Positions 45,366 to 54,771 of a stretch of 64,000 nucleotides of DNA are shown piece after piece. The position numbers and the translations under genes are program-made. The DNA is taken from contig JAZDNF010000008.1 in assembly GCA_043800255.1 (NCBI GenBank), forward strand, positions 1 to 64,000, read 5' to 3'. This stretch comes from Candidatus Altiarchaeota archaeon (GTDB lineage Archaea; Altiarchaeota; Altiarchaeia; IMC4; SCGC-AAA252-I15). Position 1 is the stretch's first letter; each line of letters begins with the position of its first letter. Below the pieces are notes generated by a model. That model saw nothing but the letters and a program-made list of their open reading frames with translations. It searched no databases and was not told the origin of the DNA.

Positions 45366-47300
45366 ATGCGCACAGCAGAGGCTGGTTTAAAGCAGAAACC
45401 TGAAGGCACTTCTAAGTTTGACGTCCCGCTCAAGCAGGTCACAGGCTCAGACAAGCAATCGGAAGGGCAACTTGTTCTAGTCATCCTGGACGGCTGGGGT
45501 TTGGACAAAAAACTGAACGGTTGGGCTGACCCAGCTAACAGGAAGAAACTGACGGGAAATGCGATAGCGATGGCTAAGACCCCGAATATGGACTGGCTGT
45601 GGGCCAGTTACCCTCATCTCGTGATGAAAGCAAGCGGAGACCACATCGGCCTCAGGCCGGCAGACCCGACCATCGGACGGCAGGATGAGGAGGGGAACAG
45701 CGAAGTAGGCCACATGAACACCGGCTCAGGCCAGAAGCTCACGCTCTCGAAAGGCATAGACGAGAAGCTCGCTGACGGCTCCTTCTTCGAGAATCCTACA
45801 CTGAGAAAGGTCATGCAAAATGCCGTGGACAACGGCAGGCCGTTGCACATCTTTGGGATGGTGTCTGACATGGGCGTCCACAACAGGATAGACCACATGT
45901 TCGGGCTTTTTGAACTTGCGAAACGCGTTGGAGTGAAGGACGTACTGGTTCACGCCTTCACGGATGGCAGAGACACTGTCGAAAAGAACGAGGCAGTTTT
46001 GGGCGACGGGACAGGATACTTCGAGAAAGTGGTTGACGGGATAAAAAAATTCAACGCAGAAGCCGGAGGAAAGACTAGGGTCAAAGTAGCTTCCATCATG
46101 GGCCGCAGCTGGGGAATGGACAGAAACGATGAGAACTGGGACAAGACCGTATTCGCCTACAAGAGCATGCGATTCGGCGTTATTGTGGATGATAATGTGA
46201 CGGTTCGGACAGCTAAGGACCCGATAGAAGCCGTTAAAGCAGCGTATACGACTGAGAAGAAGAGGGGGGAATTCGAATCGGACGAGGACATAGTTCCAAC
46301 ACTGATCGTCGGGGCAGACGGCAAACCGATAGGCATAATACGCGACGGCGACTCAGTAATCGCAGCCAACTTCAGGAAGGACCGGATGATACAAATCACC
46401 AAGTGCTTTGTGGAGGATAACCTCTGGGACAAGAAGCACAACCCTGTTGACCTCAAAAGAGGGCCGGGAGACAAAGACGAGAAACCGGAGGTCGCCTTCA
46501 CAGGCCTGACATACTACTATGACGAGCTCAGAGGCAAGGTTGGGATGGCATTCACGACGGAGCCGCCGAAGAATACACTCTCAGACGTCCTGTATGAGGC
46601 TGGCAGGAAATCCTGGGCATGCGCAGAGTCGAACAAGTACAGTCACGTGACCCAGTATTTCGCAGGAGGCGAGCGCGACAAGCCGCTTCCCAACGAGGTC
46701 TGGGATCTCGTGGAATCTCCAACAGTGGTAGTGAATGGGAAAAAACAGAAAATCCAGACCGTAGACCTGTGGAGGAAGCCTGGCATGAGCGCGGCAGCCG
46801 TCGCAGACCACGCGGTTGATGCCATCAGCTCCGGCAATTACGATTTTGTCAGAATGAACTTCGCGAACCCGGATATGATAGGACACTGCGATCCTGTAAT
46901 AGGAGCAACCGATTTGGAGGGCAACAGGATAACATCAAGCGTAGATTCGGCAAAATTCGCCGTGGAGGCTGTCGACCGCCAGGTTGGCAGAATCGTGGAA
47001 GCCTGCCAGAAAACCAACTCCACCCTCATAATCACAGCAGACCACGGCAACGCTGAGGTGATGATCAACCAGAAGGGGACTACGAGCAAAAAGCACACGA
47101 ACAACGACGTGCCCTTTATCGTCATCCCCGCCAGGGGGACGAAAGTCGAACTCGCTTCTGATGATGCCCGCGGCAGGGCGGCTGAACTGAGGGACATCGC
47201 GCCCACGATACTCACCCTCATGAACTTAAAAGACAGAATCCCTAAGGAGATGACAGGGAAAAACCTTGCGACCAGGATAACCCACGCCAACACCGTCTGA
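45366..47300 (+). CDS. gpmI: 2,3-BPG-independent phosphoglycerate mutase (divergent, expanded)
   Basis: ILDGWG, GNSEVGH, DGRD, NFRKDR, NPDMIGH, TADHGNAE. Confidence 0.88.
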   Translation: MRTAEAGLKQKPEGTSKFDVPLKQVTGSDKQSEGQLVLVILDGWGLDKKLNGWADPANRKKLTGNAIAMAKTPNMDWLWASYPHLVMKASGDHIGLRPADPTIGRQDEEGNSEVGHMNTGSGQKLTLSKGIDEKLADGSFFENPTLRKVMQNAVDNGRPLHIFGMVSDMGVHNRIDHMFGLFELAKRVGVKDVLVHAFTDGRDTVEKNEAVLGDGTGYFEKVVDGIKKFNAEAGGKTRVKVASIMGRSWGMDRNDENWDKTVFAYKSMRFGVIVDDNVTVRTAKDPIEAVKAAYTTEKKRGEFESDEDIVPTLIVGADGKPIGIIRDGDSVIAANFRKDRMIQITKCFVEDNLWDKKHNPVDLKRGPGDKDEKPEVAFTGLTYYYDELRGKVGMAFTTEPPKNTLSDVLYEAGRKSWACAESNKYSHVTQYFAGGERDKPLPNEVWDLVESPTVVVNGKKQKIQTVDLWRKPGMSAAAVADHAVDAISSGNYDFVRMNFANPDMIGHCDPVIGATDLEGNRITSSVDSAKFAVEAVDRQVGRIVEACQKTNSTLIITADHGNAEVMINQKGTTSKKHTNNDVPFIVIPARGTKVELASDDARGRAAELRDIAPTILTLMNLKDRIPKEMTGKNLATRITHANTV

Positions 47301-47301
47301 G

Positions 47302-47452
47302 CTTTTGTCAAGAACCGCTGGTGTGGCGGAGGCAGATGCCTCCGACACGCGCCCGAGCAAGGCTCGGCCGCGTCAGAGACCGGCGGCATGAAATCAGAGG
47401 GGAAATAGTCTTGACAGAAGATTTCCGCCACCAGTCAATAGACTGGTGGAAA
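47302..47452. repeat. Nested multi-hairpin intergenic element
   Basis: 12-bp outer stem enclosing GC-rich twin hairpins, followed by a further 9-bp hairpin. Confidence 0.6.
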
Positions 47453-47486
47453 TCTCTGATTTATACCGTGCCATTTCATAGTTATC

Positions 47487-48035
47487 ATGGAGTTCATGAC
47501 AGATGCGTTGCTGGAAGTCGGAAAGGCAGGATTGTTAATTGCATCTGAGGTTGTAATCATCATAGTAGTCGCCCACGTTCTCATAAAAACCGTGGACAAA
47601 CTGCTTGGAAAGATCCTCAAGTTCACTAACTTCGACAGGACGCTTGAGAAGTTCTTCCACAAGAGCGTTATAATGCTGCTATGGATACTGACAGCAGGAG
47701 TCATCCTGCTGGTTCTGGGAGTCGACCTGAACACGCTCCTAGCCAGCTTCGGGGTGATGAGCTTCATAGTCGGTTTCGCGCTGAAGGACACCCTCAGCAA
47801 CTTCGCCTCAGGGATTATGATACTCGTCAACAAACCATTCGTCGTCGGGGATGACATAGAAATCAAAGAGGCGAAGGGCACGGTCAAAACGGTCAGCATG
47901 ACGTACACCAAAATCGTCACAAAAGACGGCGCCAAAATAACCATCCCCAACAATGTAGTCTGGAGCAACCCCATAATAAACCACACAGCATACAGGGCGA
48001 AAGACAGAGTCAGGAGAGAGGGGGAAGCTCAGTAG
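47487..48035 (+). CDS. mscS: Small-conductance mechanosensitive channel
   Basis: GFALKDTLSNFASG, PFVVGD.I, IPN. Confidence 0.92.
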   Translation: MEFMTDALLEVGKAGLLIASEVVIIIVVAHVLIKTVDKLLGKILKFTNFDRTLEKFFHKSVIMLLWILTAGVILLVLGVDLNTLLASFGVMSFIVGFALKDTLSNFASGIMILVNKPFVVGDDIEIKEAKGTVKTVSMTYTKIVTKDGAKITIPNNVVWSNPIINHTAYRAKDRVRREGEAQ

Positions 48036-48126
48036 GTTGTTTATTTTTCTACGGAACCGCGGGGGGAGAGCACAATCTCGTGTAATGCGCTCGGTTTAAT
48101 AACGGAACTGATACATAGGTGATAAT

Positions 48127-48273
48127 ATGGCCTCTAAGAGATTTTTCAGGTGTAATGTCTGCAATGACGTACACTTCGGGCTGGCAGGCCCCGCAGTATG
48201 TCCGACATGCCAGGCTAAGAACGCCTACGTCGAGATTGACGCCCAGGAAGCTAGGAACGTGATGAACTTATGA
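48127..48273 (+). CDS. Rubredoxin-like small metal-binding protein
   Basis: Manual translation MASKRFFRCNVCND..CPTC..; ATGA overlap with the next gene. Confidence 0.8.
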   Translation: MASKRFFRCNVCNDVHFGLAGPAVCPTCQAKNAYVEIDAQEARNVMNL

Positions 48274-48536
48274 ACAAACAGGAGCTTAGGGCGGCTTGGG
48301 AAAAGTTCACGGAAAAAAACGACTTCAAACTGAACCCTGACGACGAACACGTATCTCTCGTCATAGAAGGCGTTCTCGAGAACGAGAGAAAATGCGGCCT
48401 CAAACTGTGCCCCTGCAGGCTGAGGGACGGCAGCAGGGAGATGGATTTGAAGCTCATATGCCCATGCAACTTCAAGGCCCAGGACACATGGAAAACGAAG
48501 GGACAGTGCTGGTGCGGCCTGTTCGTCAGAAAATAG
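48270..48536 (+). CDS. Ferredoxin-thioredoxin reductase catalytic subunit
   Basis: CPCR, ICPC, CWCGLF. Confidence 0.9.
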   Translation: MNKQELRAAWEKFTEKNDFKLNPDDEHVSLVIEGVLENERKCGLKLCPCRLRDGSREMDLKLICPCNFKAQDTWKTKGQCWCGLFVRK

Positions 48537-48574
48537 GTTAATATTTTATAATACAATAATATTGGGGTGACAGC

Positions 48575-49426
48575 ATGAGAACAGCAGTTATCGGAATATT
48601 CATCGCATTACTTGTTTTGGCTTCAGGGTGCACTAAGGAACCATCAGTCCCTGCGACAACGACGGTTACGCCCACATCAGCCGAGACGACTGTCGCAGTA
48701 AAGCCTTCGATAAAGGTCTCCACCAACCCAGCTGGCAGCACCGTCAGCGTCGACAGCCTGTACGTGGACGAGGACGGTTTCGTGGTAATACATAAGTTCG
48801 AGAACGGCCAGCTTGGGGAAGCCGTAGGCAACACTTACGTCACAGCAGGCCAGAAATCCGACGTCGAAGTTGGGATTTCCGGCGTCGAGGCTCCAGCGGA
48901 GCTTATTGCGATGCTCCACTATGATGACGGCGACGGAGTCTACGAGTTCCCGGGGCCTGACGGGCCGGTGAAGATTGGCGACATGATAGTGATGACAAAC
49001 TTCAGCCTCGTTGAGGCAACAGGAATCCAGTGCATAGACTGCGCTACAGGCTACACTGGAGGCGGATGCGCGACCGTGGATGATGTAACAGGAGAGATTG
49101 TCTCACCGCCGCCGTGCGTTCTGGAGGAGACTACCACATCCGTCACCGTGAGCGTTAAGGAATTCGACATCACAGCCAAACGGTTCAGCTTCACCCCGTC
49201 AACGATCAGGGTAAAGCAGGGCGACAATGTCAGGATAAGATTGACGAGCGCCGACGTCACGCACGGCTTCGCGATATCAGAATACGAGATAGACGAGAAG
49301 GTTAGCGGAGGCGAGACGAAAACGTTCGAGTTCACTGCTGACAAGGAGGGTATGTTCACCTTCAAGTGCTCCGTCTACTGCGGCACAGGCCACATGAACA
49401 TGAAAGGAACTCTGATAGTGGAGTAG
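48575..49426 (+). CDS. Lipoprotein with C-terminal CuA-type cupredoxin domain
   Basis: LASGC lipobox; DVTHGF...CSVYCGTGHMNM. Confidence 0.85.
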   Translation: MRTAVIGIFIALLVLASGCTKEPSVPATTTVTPTSAETTVAVKPSIKVSTNPAGSTVSVDSLYVDEDGFVVIHKFENGQLGEAVGNTYVTAGQKSDVEVGISGVEAPAELIAMLHYDDGDGVYEFPGPDGPVKIGDMIVMTNFSLVEATGIQCIDCATGYTGGGCATVDDVTGEIVSPPPCVLEETTTSVTVSVKEFDITAKRFSFTPSTIRVKQGDNVRIRLTSADVTHGFAISEYEIDEKVSGGETKTFEFTADKEGMFTFKCSVYCGTGHMNMKGTLIVE

Positions 49427-49427
49427 G

Positions 49428-49646
49428 ATGGCAATCGACATAGGATACTATGAGGTATGGGGTGTGCCGTTGATAATCTACGGCGGCATCATAACCCTAT
49501 TATCTCTTTTTATAACAGCATCAATAGCTGTATTGAACCGCAAGGGAGTTACAAAAATCCCATTCAAATGGCATCCTAGGATGGCGAAACTTTCGATAAT
49601 CCTTGCAGTCACTCACGCGACTTTGGTTGTGCTCTCAAGGATCTAG
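49428..49646 (+). CDS. Small membrane protein with two His-bearing helices
   Basis: Hydrophobic; KWH..TH. Confidence 0.65.
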   Translation: MAIDIGYYEVWGVPLIIYGGIITLLSLFITASIAVLNRKGVTKIPFKWHPRMAKLSIILAVTHATLVVLSRI

Positions 49647-50050
49647 CCCTCTTCTCTCATCCTCGAACACAGTTCGCAGTCCATTCTCTTGCAGTCGAAG
49701 GTGCCCTTTCCGCCCCACTTCAGGCCATAAGCCTTGAACCCTTCTATGATGTCGCAGGCGTCCCTGCCTTTTTCAGTCAGGATATAGTCGACTTTCACAG
49801 GCTTGACTTTAGAGTAGACTCTCCTCCTCAAGAGGCCGTCCCCCACCATCTCCTTAAGCCGCTCTGAGAGGACTTTTGTGCTTACGTTCCCCAGTCTGGT
49901 TTTCACTTCCATGAAACCCAGCCTCTTCTTTTTTGAATAGTATACTTCCTTGAGGATGAGCAGAGTCCATCTTTTGCCCAGAAGCCTGAGGGTCTGCCTC
50001 ACGGGGCAGAACTCGTTTATCGGCAGCCTGCTGGTGGATCCCTTTTTCAT
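49643..50050 (-). CDS. HxlR-family (redox-sensing) transcriptional regulator
   Basis: CPV..L..LG.RWTLLIL, LSERLKEM, Y.LT.KG. Confidence 0.9.
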   Translation of the reverse strand: MKKGSTSRLPINEFCPVRQTLRLLGKRWTLLILKEVYYSKKKRLGFMEVKTRLGNVSTKVLSERLKEMVGDGLLRRRVYSKVKPVKVDYILTEKGRDACDIIEGFKAYGLKWGGKGTFDCKRMDCELCSRMREEG

Positions 50051-50056
50051 CTCAAG

Positions 50057-50072
50057 GTAACTTTATGGTTAC
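50057..50072. promoter_or_regulatory. Putative HxlR operator
   Basis: GTAAC-N6-GTTAC palindrome just upstream of hxlR; a further GTAAC half-site at ~50115. Confidence 0.5.
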
Positions 50073-50204
50073 TGTCAGTTATTAATATTGTCAGATTAAT
50101 ATTAGTTTATAAAAGTAACCAACTCATGAGGTGAGCGCAATGGGGCCAGGCTGCTGTTAATCTGAAGGATAATTAGTATAGCACCATCTTCTTTATTTAT
50201 TAAT

Positions 50205-50714
50205 ATGAAACTGACTGAGAATAGGATTTTCGCATTTATACTGTTGGTTGTTATCCTCTTTGTATTCGCAGCCTACGTTGTGAACTACAACAGGGAGGGA
50301 ATTACAAGACCTATAGAGGCGCAATCGTCTACGACAACGACATTGACTGCAACGACAATCCAGACCACGACGATAGAGCCTGTCTCGGACGTTAACTCGC
50401 AACCGACAGAGGTGGAAGAACAGTCTACGACGACCACGCTGCAACCGGCCTCCACGGCGAACTCGTACTTTTCCAGGTTCGAGGGGAGGGGCTACAGGCA
50501 CGCATACGTTGGCGTCATCTATCAGTGCCCGAGCTGCGTGCCGGCGATAGCCTCAGTACTTAATGACGAGCCGGGAGTAATCGCAAAGAGCATGGCATAC
50601 AAGCAGAAAGTCAGCTGGGTTGTCTATGACCCAACGGAGGTCACACCAGAGAGGATGGTCTCGATCTTGGGCAGTAGCGGCGAAGCCAGCCTGATAAACG
50701 ACACAGCCATCTGA
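50205..50714 (+). CDS. Membrane-anchored HMA-like domain protein
   Basis: TM, Thr linker, CPSC..L...PGV..V.YDP. Confidence 0.75.
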   Translation: MKLTENRIFAFILLVVILFVFAAYVVNYNREGITRPIEAQSSTTTTLTATTIQTTTIEPVSDVNSQPTEVEEQSTTTTLQPASTANSYFSRFEGRGYRHAYVGVIYQCPSCVPAIASVLNDEPGVIAKSMAYKQKVSWVVYDPTEVTPERMVSILGSSGEASLINDTAI

Positions 50715-50715
50715 C

Positions 50716-51063
50716 ATGGACCTCAGGGGAGTCTACACTGGCGTCAAGGCGAGCATACTGGCATCAAGCTGCTGCACTTTACCCCTCCTGCTGGTCTACG
50801 CATTCAGCCTGCTTGGCGCAGGCAGCGTAACCGCGGCGCTTGCGATACCTAGATACAAGGGCTTTTTTATAGCCGCAGGCATGGTATTCCTGGCATCCTC
50901 GCTTTACATGACCATAAAGAAGCGCTGCAGGGGAACATGCAACTTAGGGGACGTTAATGCGAACAGGAGCCTTGTGCTTGTCAGCGTCACAACATATGTC
51001 ATCCTGACAATAGTCATAATATACTATCTGCTCCCCGTTATAGCAGAACTGGTTTTCAGCTGA
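50716..51063 (+). CDS. MerT-like metal transport protein
   Basis: ASSCC in TM1, C..C loop, three TMs. Confidence 0.7.
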   Translation: MDLRGVYTGVKASILASSCCTLPLLLVYAFSLLGAGSVTAALAIPRYKGFFIAAGMVFLASSLYMTIKKRCRGTCNLGDVNANRSLVLVSVTTYVILTIVIIYYLLPVIAELVFS

Positions 51064-51137
51064 GCTCCATCAGGTTACATAGGGGATACTAGCCCATTTT
51101 TATATGCTCTTTCAATCAATAATGTTGAGGTGATATT

Positions 51138-51503
51138 ATGACAGATGATAAATGCGACGGAGACCTGTTCTGCGGCGTTAACAAGGCAAATAGTTCGAGA
51201 GTGGAGGATATGTCCGACCTCGAGAAAAAACACACTCCAGTGATTGACGTGAAAAAGGAGGGTGACGCGCTTACCGTAACCGTCAAGGTCGGCAAGCTCC
51301 TGAAGCACCCGAACGAGCACGGCCACTTCATACAGTGGATAGAACTCTACAGCGGGGAGACATTCCTCGGGCGTGTCGACTTCGCGTCAGAGAGGACCGA
51401 ACCGAGCGCAGCGTTCACCGTCAGATTAAACCACAATCATCCGCTGCGGGCGATAGGGCACTGCAACATGCACGGCACATGGGAGTCGGAAAAAGGAGTA
51501 TGA
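51138..51503 (+). CDS. sor: Superoxide reductase (neelaredoxin-type)
   Basis: EKKH.P, HP..H.HFIQWI, CNMHG. Confidence 0.92.
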   Translation: MTDDKCDGDLFCGVNKANSSRVEDMSDLEKKHTPVIDVKKEGDALTVTVKVGKLLKHPNEHGHFIQWIELYSGETFLGRVDFASERTEPSAAFTVRLNHNHPLRAIGHCNMHGTWESEKGV

Positions 51504-51513
51504 GGTGAGGACT

Positions 51514-51807
51514 ATGGGAGAGACATTCGAGGAGAAGATGGAGCAGATGGCCGAACTCTCAGACGAGGAGGTGGCCGAGAGGATAGAGGAATTGAAAGAC
51601 GTGTGCAAGAGCTACTGCGGCGAGTGCCCCAGCTACACGGGCACGGACGAGACGGAACTGGGCTTCTGCGCCATAGGCAGGAGCGAGAACATCACCGAGG
51701 AGAAGGGTTGCCTCTGCGGGAGCTGCCCCATTACGGAGAAGATGTCACTACGCTGGAGCTACTACTGCACTAGAGGCGCTGGCAGGGAGCAGGCGGCAAC
51801 AGAATAG
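51514..51807 (+). CDS. Cys-rich protein (DUF2769-like)
   Basis: C..CPSY, FC..G.S, GCLC..CP, YYC..G. Confidence 0.75.
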   Translation: MGETFEEKMEQMAELSDEEVAERIEELKDVCKSYCGECPSYTGTDETELGFCAIGRSENITEEKGCLCGSCPITEKMSLRWSYYCTRGAGREQAATE

Positions 51808-51851
51808 CTTATCACGCTATTTAATGGATTTCATACTAATAACCCCAACAG

Positions 51852-52964
51852 GTGGTTAAGATAGCCGCTAAATCGGGGGTTGTTAATTTTCCGTTAAAGT
51901 ATCACAGAAGGCTGAGCAGAAGGTATCCATCCTATGTTATCGGCGCCGACGTTGGCGGGACGAACACATGCATTGGAGTGGCTGGCATCACAGGAGGTAA
52001 GCCGGAGCTGCTGTTCTCCTTCCATTTCAGCAGCAGGGAGCTGGATTCTCTCAGCCCGGCGCTGTCTGTGGTCTTGGATTACGCACACAGAGAGCATGGC
52101 ATACGGCTTCAGAAGGCCTGTATCGCTGCCGCAGGCCCGCCCTCAATCGGAAACGATTACTGCAAACTGACCAACCTGGACTGGAGTGTGAGCGTTAAGG
52201 ACATTCTCAGGAAGACGGGCCTGGAGTCTGCCTTCATAATAAACGATTTCGAGGCTGTGGGATACAGTGTGAATCTCTTAAGTACCGGCAGTAAGACTAT
52301 GTTCAAGGCAGGCGGCGGCCGCTCCAAAAAGTCTAAGGCTGCGAAGGCCGTATTGGGAGCAGGCACAGGCTTCGGGAAGACCATCCTAGCCTACAGTGAG
52401 TGCCACAAGGCTTACATTCCCCTCCCAAGCGAGGGAGGCCATGCCGACTTCCCCGCTCAAGACGGCGACGATATCAAACTGCTGGATTTCATCCGCGATT
52501 ACAGGAACACCAGCCAAGTCACCTGCGAGGATGTTCTGTCAGGGAGAGGCATAGAGGCAATCTGCATGTTCCTCCTTAGAGGCAAGAAGTTCAGAGGTAG
52601 CAAGTACACGGAGGAGATAGAAGACGCTGCTGATAAGGTGCCGCTGATTTCAAAGTATAGGAGGAAGGATGAAACCTGCAGGGAGACTTTCAATATTTAC
52701 TCACGATACTATGGGAGAGTTGCCAGGGACTTTGCGCTGGAGGCGCTCGCCACGGGCGGAGTGTACATTGGAGGGGGTGTCGCGCAGAAGAACAGTGAAA
52801 TATTCAGGAGCAGAGGATTCCTGAACGAATTCAGGAGGTCTGAGGCATACTCTAAACTGCTCGGCAGAATACCAGTATATGTCATAGTAGACTCTCACGC
52901 GGGCATGCTCGGAGCAGCTTACGCTGCCGTTATTAGAGACGATATTATTAAGCGAGTGGGCTGA
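51852..52964 (+). CDS. glk: Bacterial-type glucokinase
   Basis: ADVGGTN, INDF, GAGTGFG, SEGGH, LSGRG, GGVYIGGG. Confidence 0.9.
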   Translation: MVKIAAKSGVVNFPLKYHRRLSRRYPSYVIGADVGGTNTCIGVAGITGGKPELLFSFHFSSRELDSLSPALSVVLDYAHREHGIRLQKACIAAAGPPSIGNDYCKLTNLDWSVSVKDILRKTGLESAFIINDFEAVGYSVNLLSTGSKTMFKAGGGRSKKSKAAKAVLGAGTGFGKTILAYSECHKAYIPLPSEGGHADFPAQDGDDIKLLDFIRDYRNTSQVTCEDVLSGRGIEAICMFLLRGKKFRGSKYTEEIEDAADKVPLISKYRRKDETCRETFNIYSRYYGRVARDFALEALATGGVYIGGGVAQKNSEIFRSRGFLNEFRRSEAYSKLLGRIPVYVIVDSHAGMLGAAYAAVIRDDIIKRVG

Positions 52965-52971
52965 ATAGGAT

Positions 52972-53583
52972 ATGGTGGAATCCATGAGATGCTGGAGGGG
53001 CAGAATATCCGTTTGCATTATCATCCTGTCAGTACTGCTTGCGTCTGGCTGCACCAAATCAAACCCCAAAGGCGTCTCGGATGCTAATATTGCGTCATCG
53101 AACGATACCTTGAATCTGACCTCTAATGGAACGGTCAACGGTCTGAACCTGACCGGCTGGAGGGAAACACAGCTGGAGGATGTGCTGACAGGCGATGCCT
53201 TCAGGGTGAGCGACTTCGAGGGGCAGCCCGTCCTGGTCGAGAGCTTCGCAGTATGGTGTCCGACCTGCAAACAGCAGCAAGACCAGATGAACAGCCTCCT
53301 GAAGCTTGTCGTGGGCGAAGTCGTTGTCATATCATTGGACACTGATCCAAGCGAGGATGCTGGGCAGATAAAACAGCATATCGAAAAAAACGGTTACACT
53401 TGGCTTTTCGCCGTCCCACCGCCTGAGATGACAAGAGAGTTGATTAAGGAGTTCGGCGTGTCGGTTGTGAACGCCCCGGCCGCGCCTGTGATACTTGTCT
53501 GCGAGAACCAGAGCGCCAGGCTCCTGGGCAGAGGCATAAAATCGGATGAGACGCTGTTGGACGAGATCTCAAGAGGCTGCTAG
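52972..53583 (+). CDS. TlpA-like thiol-disulfide lipoprotein
   Basis: LASGC, FAVWCPTC. Confidence 0.85.
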   Translation: MVESMRCWRGRISVCIIILSVLLASGCTKSNPKGVSDANIASSNDTLNLTSNGTVNGLNLTGWRETQLEDVLTGDAFRVSDFEGQPVLVESFAVWCPTCKQQQDQMNSLLKLVVGEVVVISLDTDPSEDAGQIKQHIEKNGYTWLFAVPPPEMTRELIKEFGVSVVNAPAAPVILVCENQSARLLGRGIKSDETLLDEISRGC

Positions 53584-53617
53584 TTCTGCTAATTTTATTT
53601 AAAACACAATATATAGC

Positions 53618-53782
53618 ATGGCCAAATGGAAGTGCCAGGCGTGCGAGTTCGTCTACGTCGAGGAGGATGGGCTGCCAGACCAGGGCATACTTCCTGGCAC
53701 CAAATTCAAAGAGCTTCCTGATGACTGGGTGTGCCCGCTGTGCGGCGTCGGCAAGGAGCTCTTCGAGAAGCTTGAGGGGTAG
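53618..53782 (+). CDS. Rubredoxin
   Basis: Manual translation [30 protein letters not shown]. Confidence 0.95.
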   Translation: MAKWKCQACEFVYVEEDGLPDQGILPGTKFKELPDDWVCPLCGVGKELFEKLEG

Positions 53783-53786
53783 GATT

Positions 53787-54263
53787 ATGGAGAACATGGA
53801 GAAGACCATCCGCGAGTATGTTGAAAGCCACAATGTCTGCACCATCGCCTTGTCAGACGGCAACAGCCCGAACGCCCACACGGTGTACTACGTCAGCCAA
53901 GGCCTCAACCTGTATTTCGAGTCCGACCCAGGCTCGCAGAAGATTCACATCCTGAAGTCCAACCCCAAGATATCCGTAACCATCAACGAGGACTATCGAG
54001 ACTGGAGGAAAATCAAGGGCATTCAACTGTTCGGTAAGGCTTATCTGAGCGATGAGAAGCACGCACCAAGCCTCCAGAAACTCTTCCTCAAGAAGTTCCC
54101 CAACCTTAATGAGATGGGCGGCATCCCGGAACATCATATTTTCGTCGAAGTCGTGCCTGAGAAGATTTATTTCCTCGACTTTGAAAAGAACTTCGGGAAC
54201 AAGAGCGTCTACTACCCTAATGAGAAGGTTTCCAGGGTAAGGTGGAATGACATCGGCAAGTGA
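53787..54263 (+). CDS. Pyridoxamine 5'-phosphate oxidase-like FMN-binding protein
   Basis: Split-barrel pattern S.K..L..NP.IS, IKGIQL.G. Confidence 0.85.
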   Translation: MENMEKTIREYVESHNVCTIALSDGNSPNAHTVYYVSQGLNLYFESDPGSQKIHILKSNPKISVTINEDYRDWRKIKGIQLFGKAYLSDEKHAPSLQKLFLKKFPNLNEMGGIPEHHIFVEVVPEKIYFLDFEKNFGNKSVYYPNEKVSRVRWNDIGK

Positions 54264-54275
54264 GCGCCCGATAAG

Positions 54276-54728
54276 ATGATTCCCGACCTCGAGGTGCCGC
54301 CTGAGCTGGAGGAGAAAGCTACTGAGCGGAAGGGGGCACTCAGAATCAGAAGAATCAGCCTCTTCAAGGTTGGACTGCTCATTCTCTTGTGCACTATCCT
54401 CATCCTGGCATTCATCTACTATAATCTCAGGAACTCCGGGAAGGGCGGACTCATAGTCGAGGTTCCGCTCATATTCTCTGACGCTCTGAAACTTCCAGAA
54501 TCCTATCTGATCGTCATCAACAGCACCAGGATGTCAATCACACGTTCAACCTGCCTTGACGACACCCTGTACCCTTCGTCCGAGCCTCGGGATGCCTGCT
54601 GGCGTAGGATGGCATTAGATTCGAAGCTCCCTAAGTTCTGCGAACATATCTCAGACGCATCTCTTGAGGGAGAATGCAAGGCCGAAGTCAGAGAGCTTAT
54701 TATGGACTCGTTTTCGAACGGCAGGTAG
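54276..54728 (+). CDS. Hypothetical single-pass membrane protein
   Basis: TM plus C-terminal RD.CW..A....CE.I...C. Confidence 0.65.
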   Translation: MIPDLEVPPELEEKATERKGALRIRRISLFKVGLLILLCTILILAFIYYNLRNSGKGGLIVEVPLIFSDALKLPESYLIVINSTRMSITRSTCLDDTLYPSSEPRDACWRRMALDSKLPKFCEHISDASLEGECKAEVRELIMDSFSNGR

Positions 54729-54771
54729 GATTATGCGTTTTTATTCTGATGTAAGTAATGAATAGATTTTT

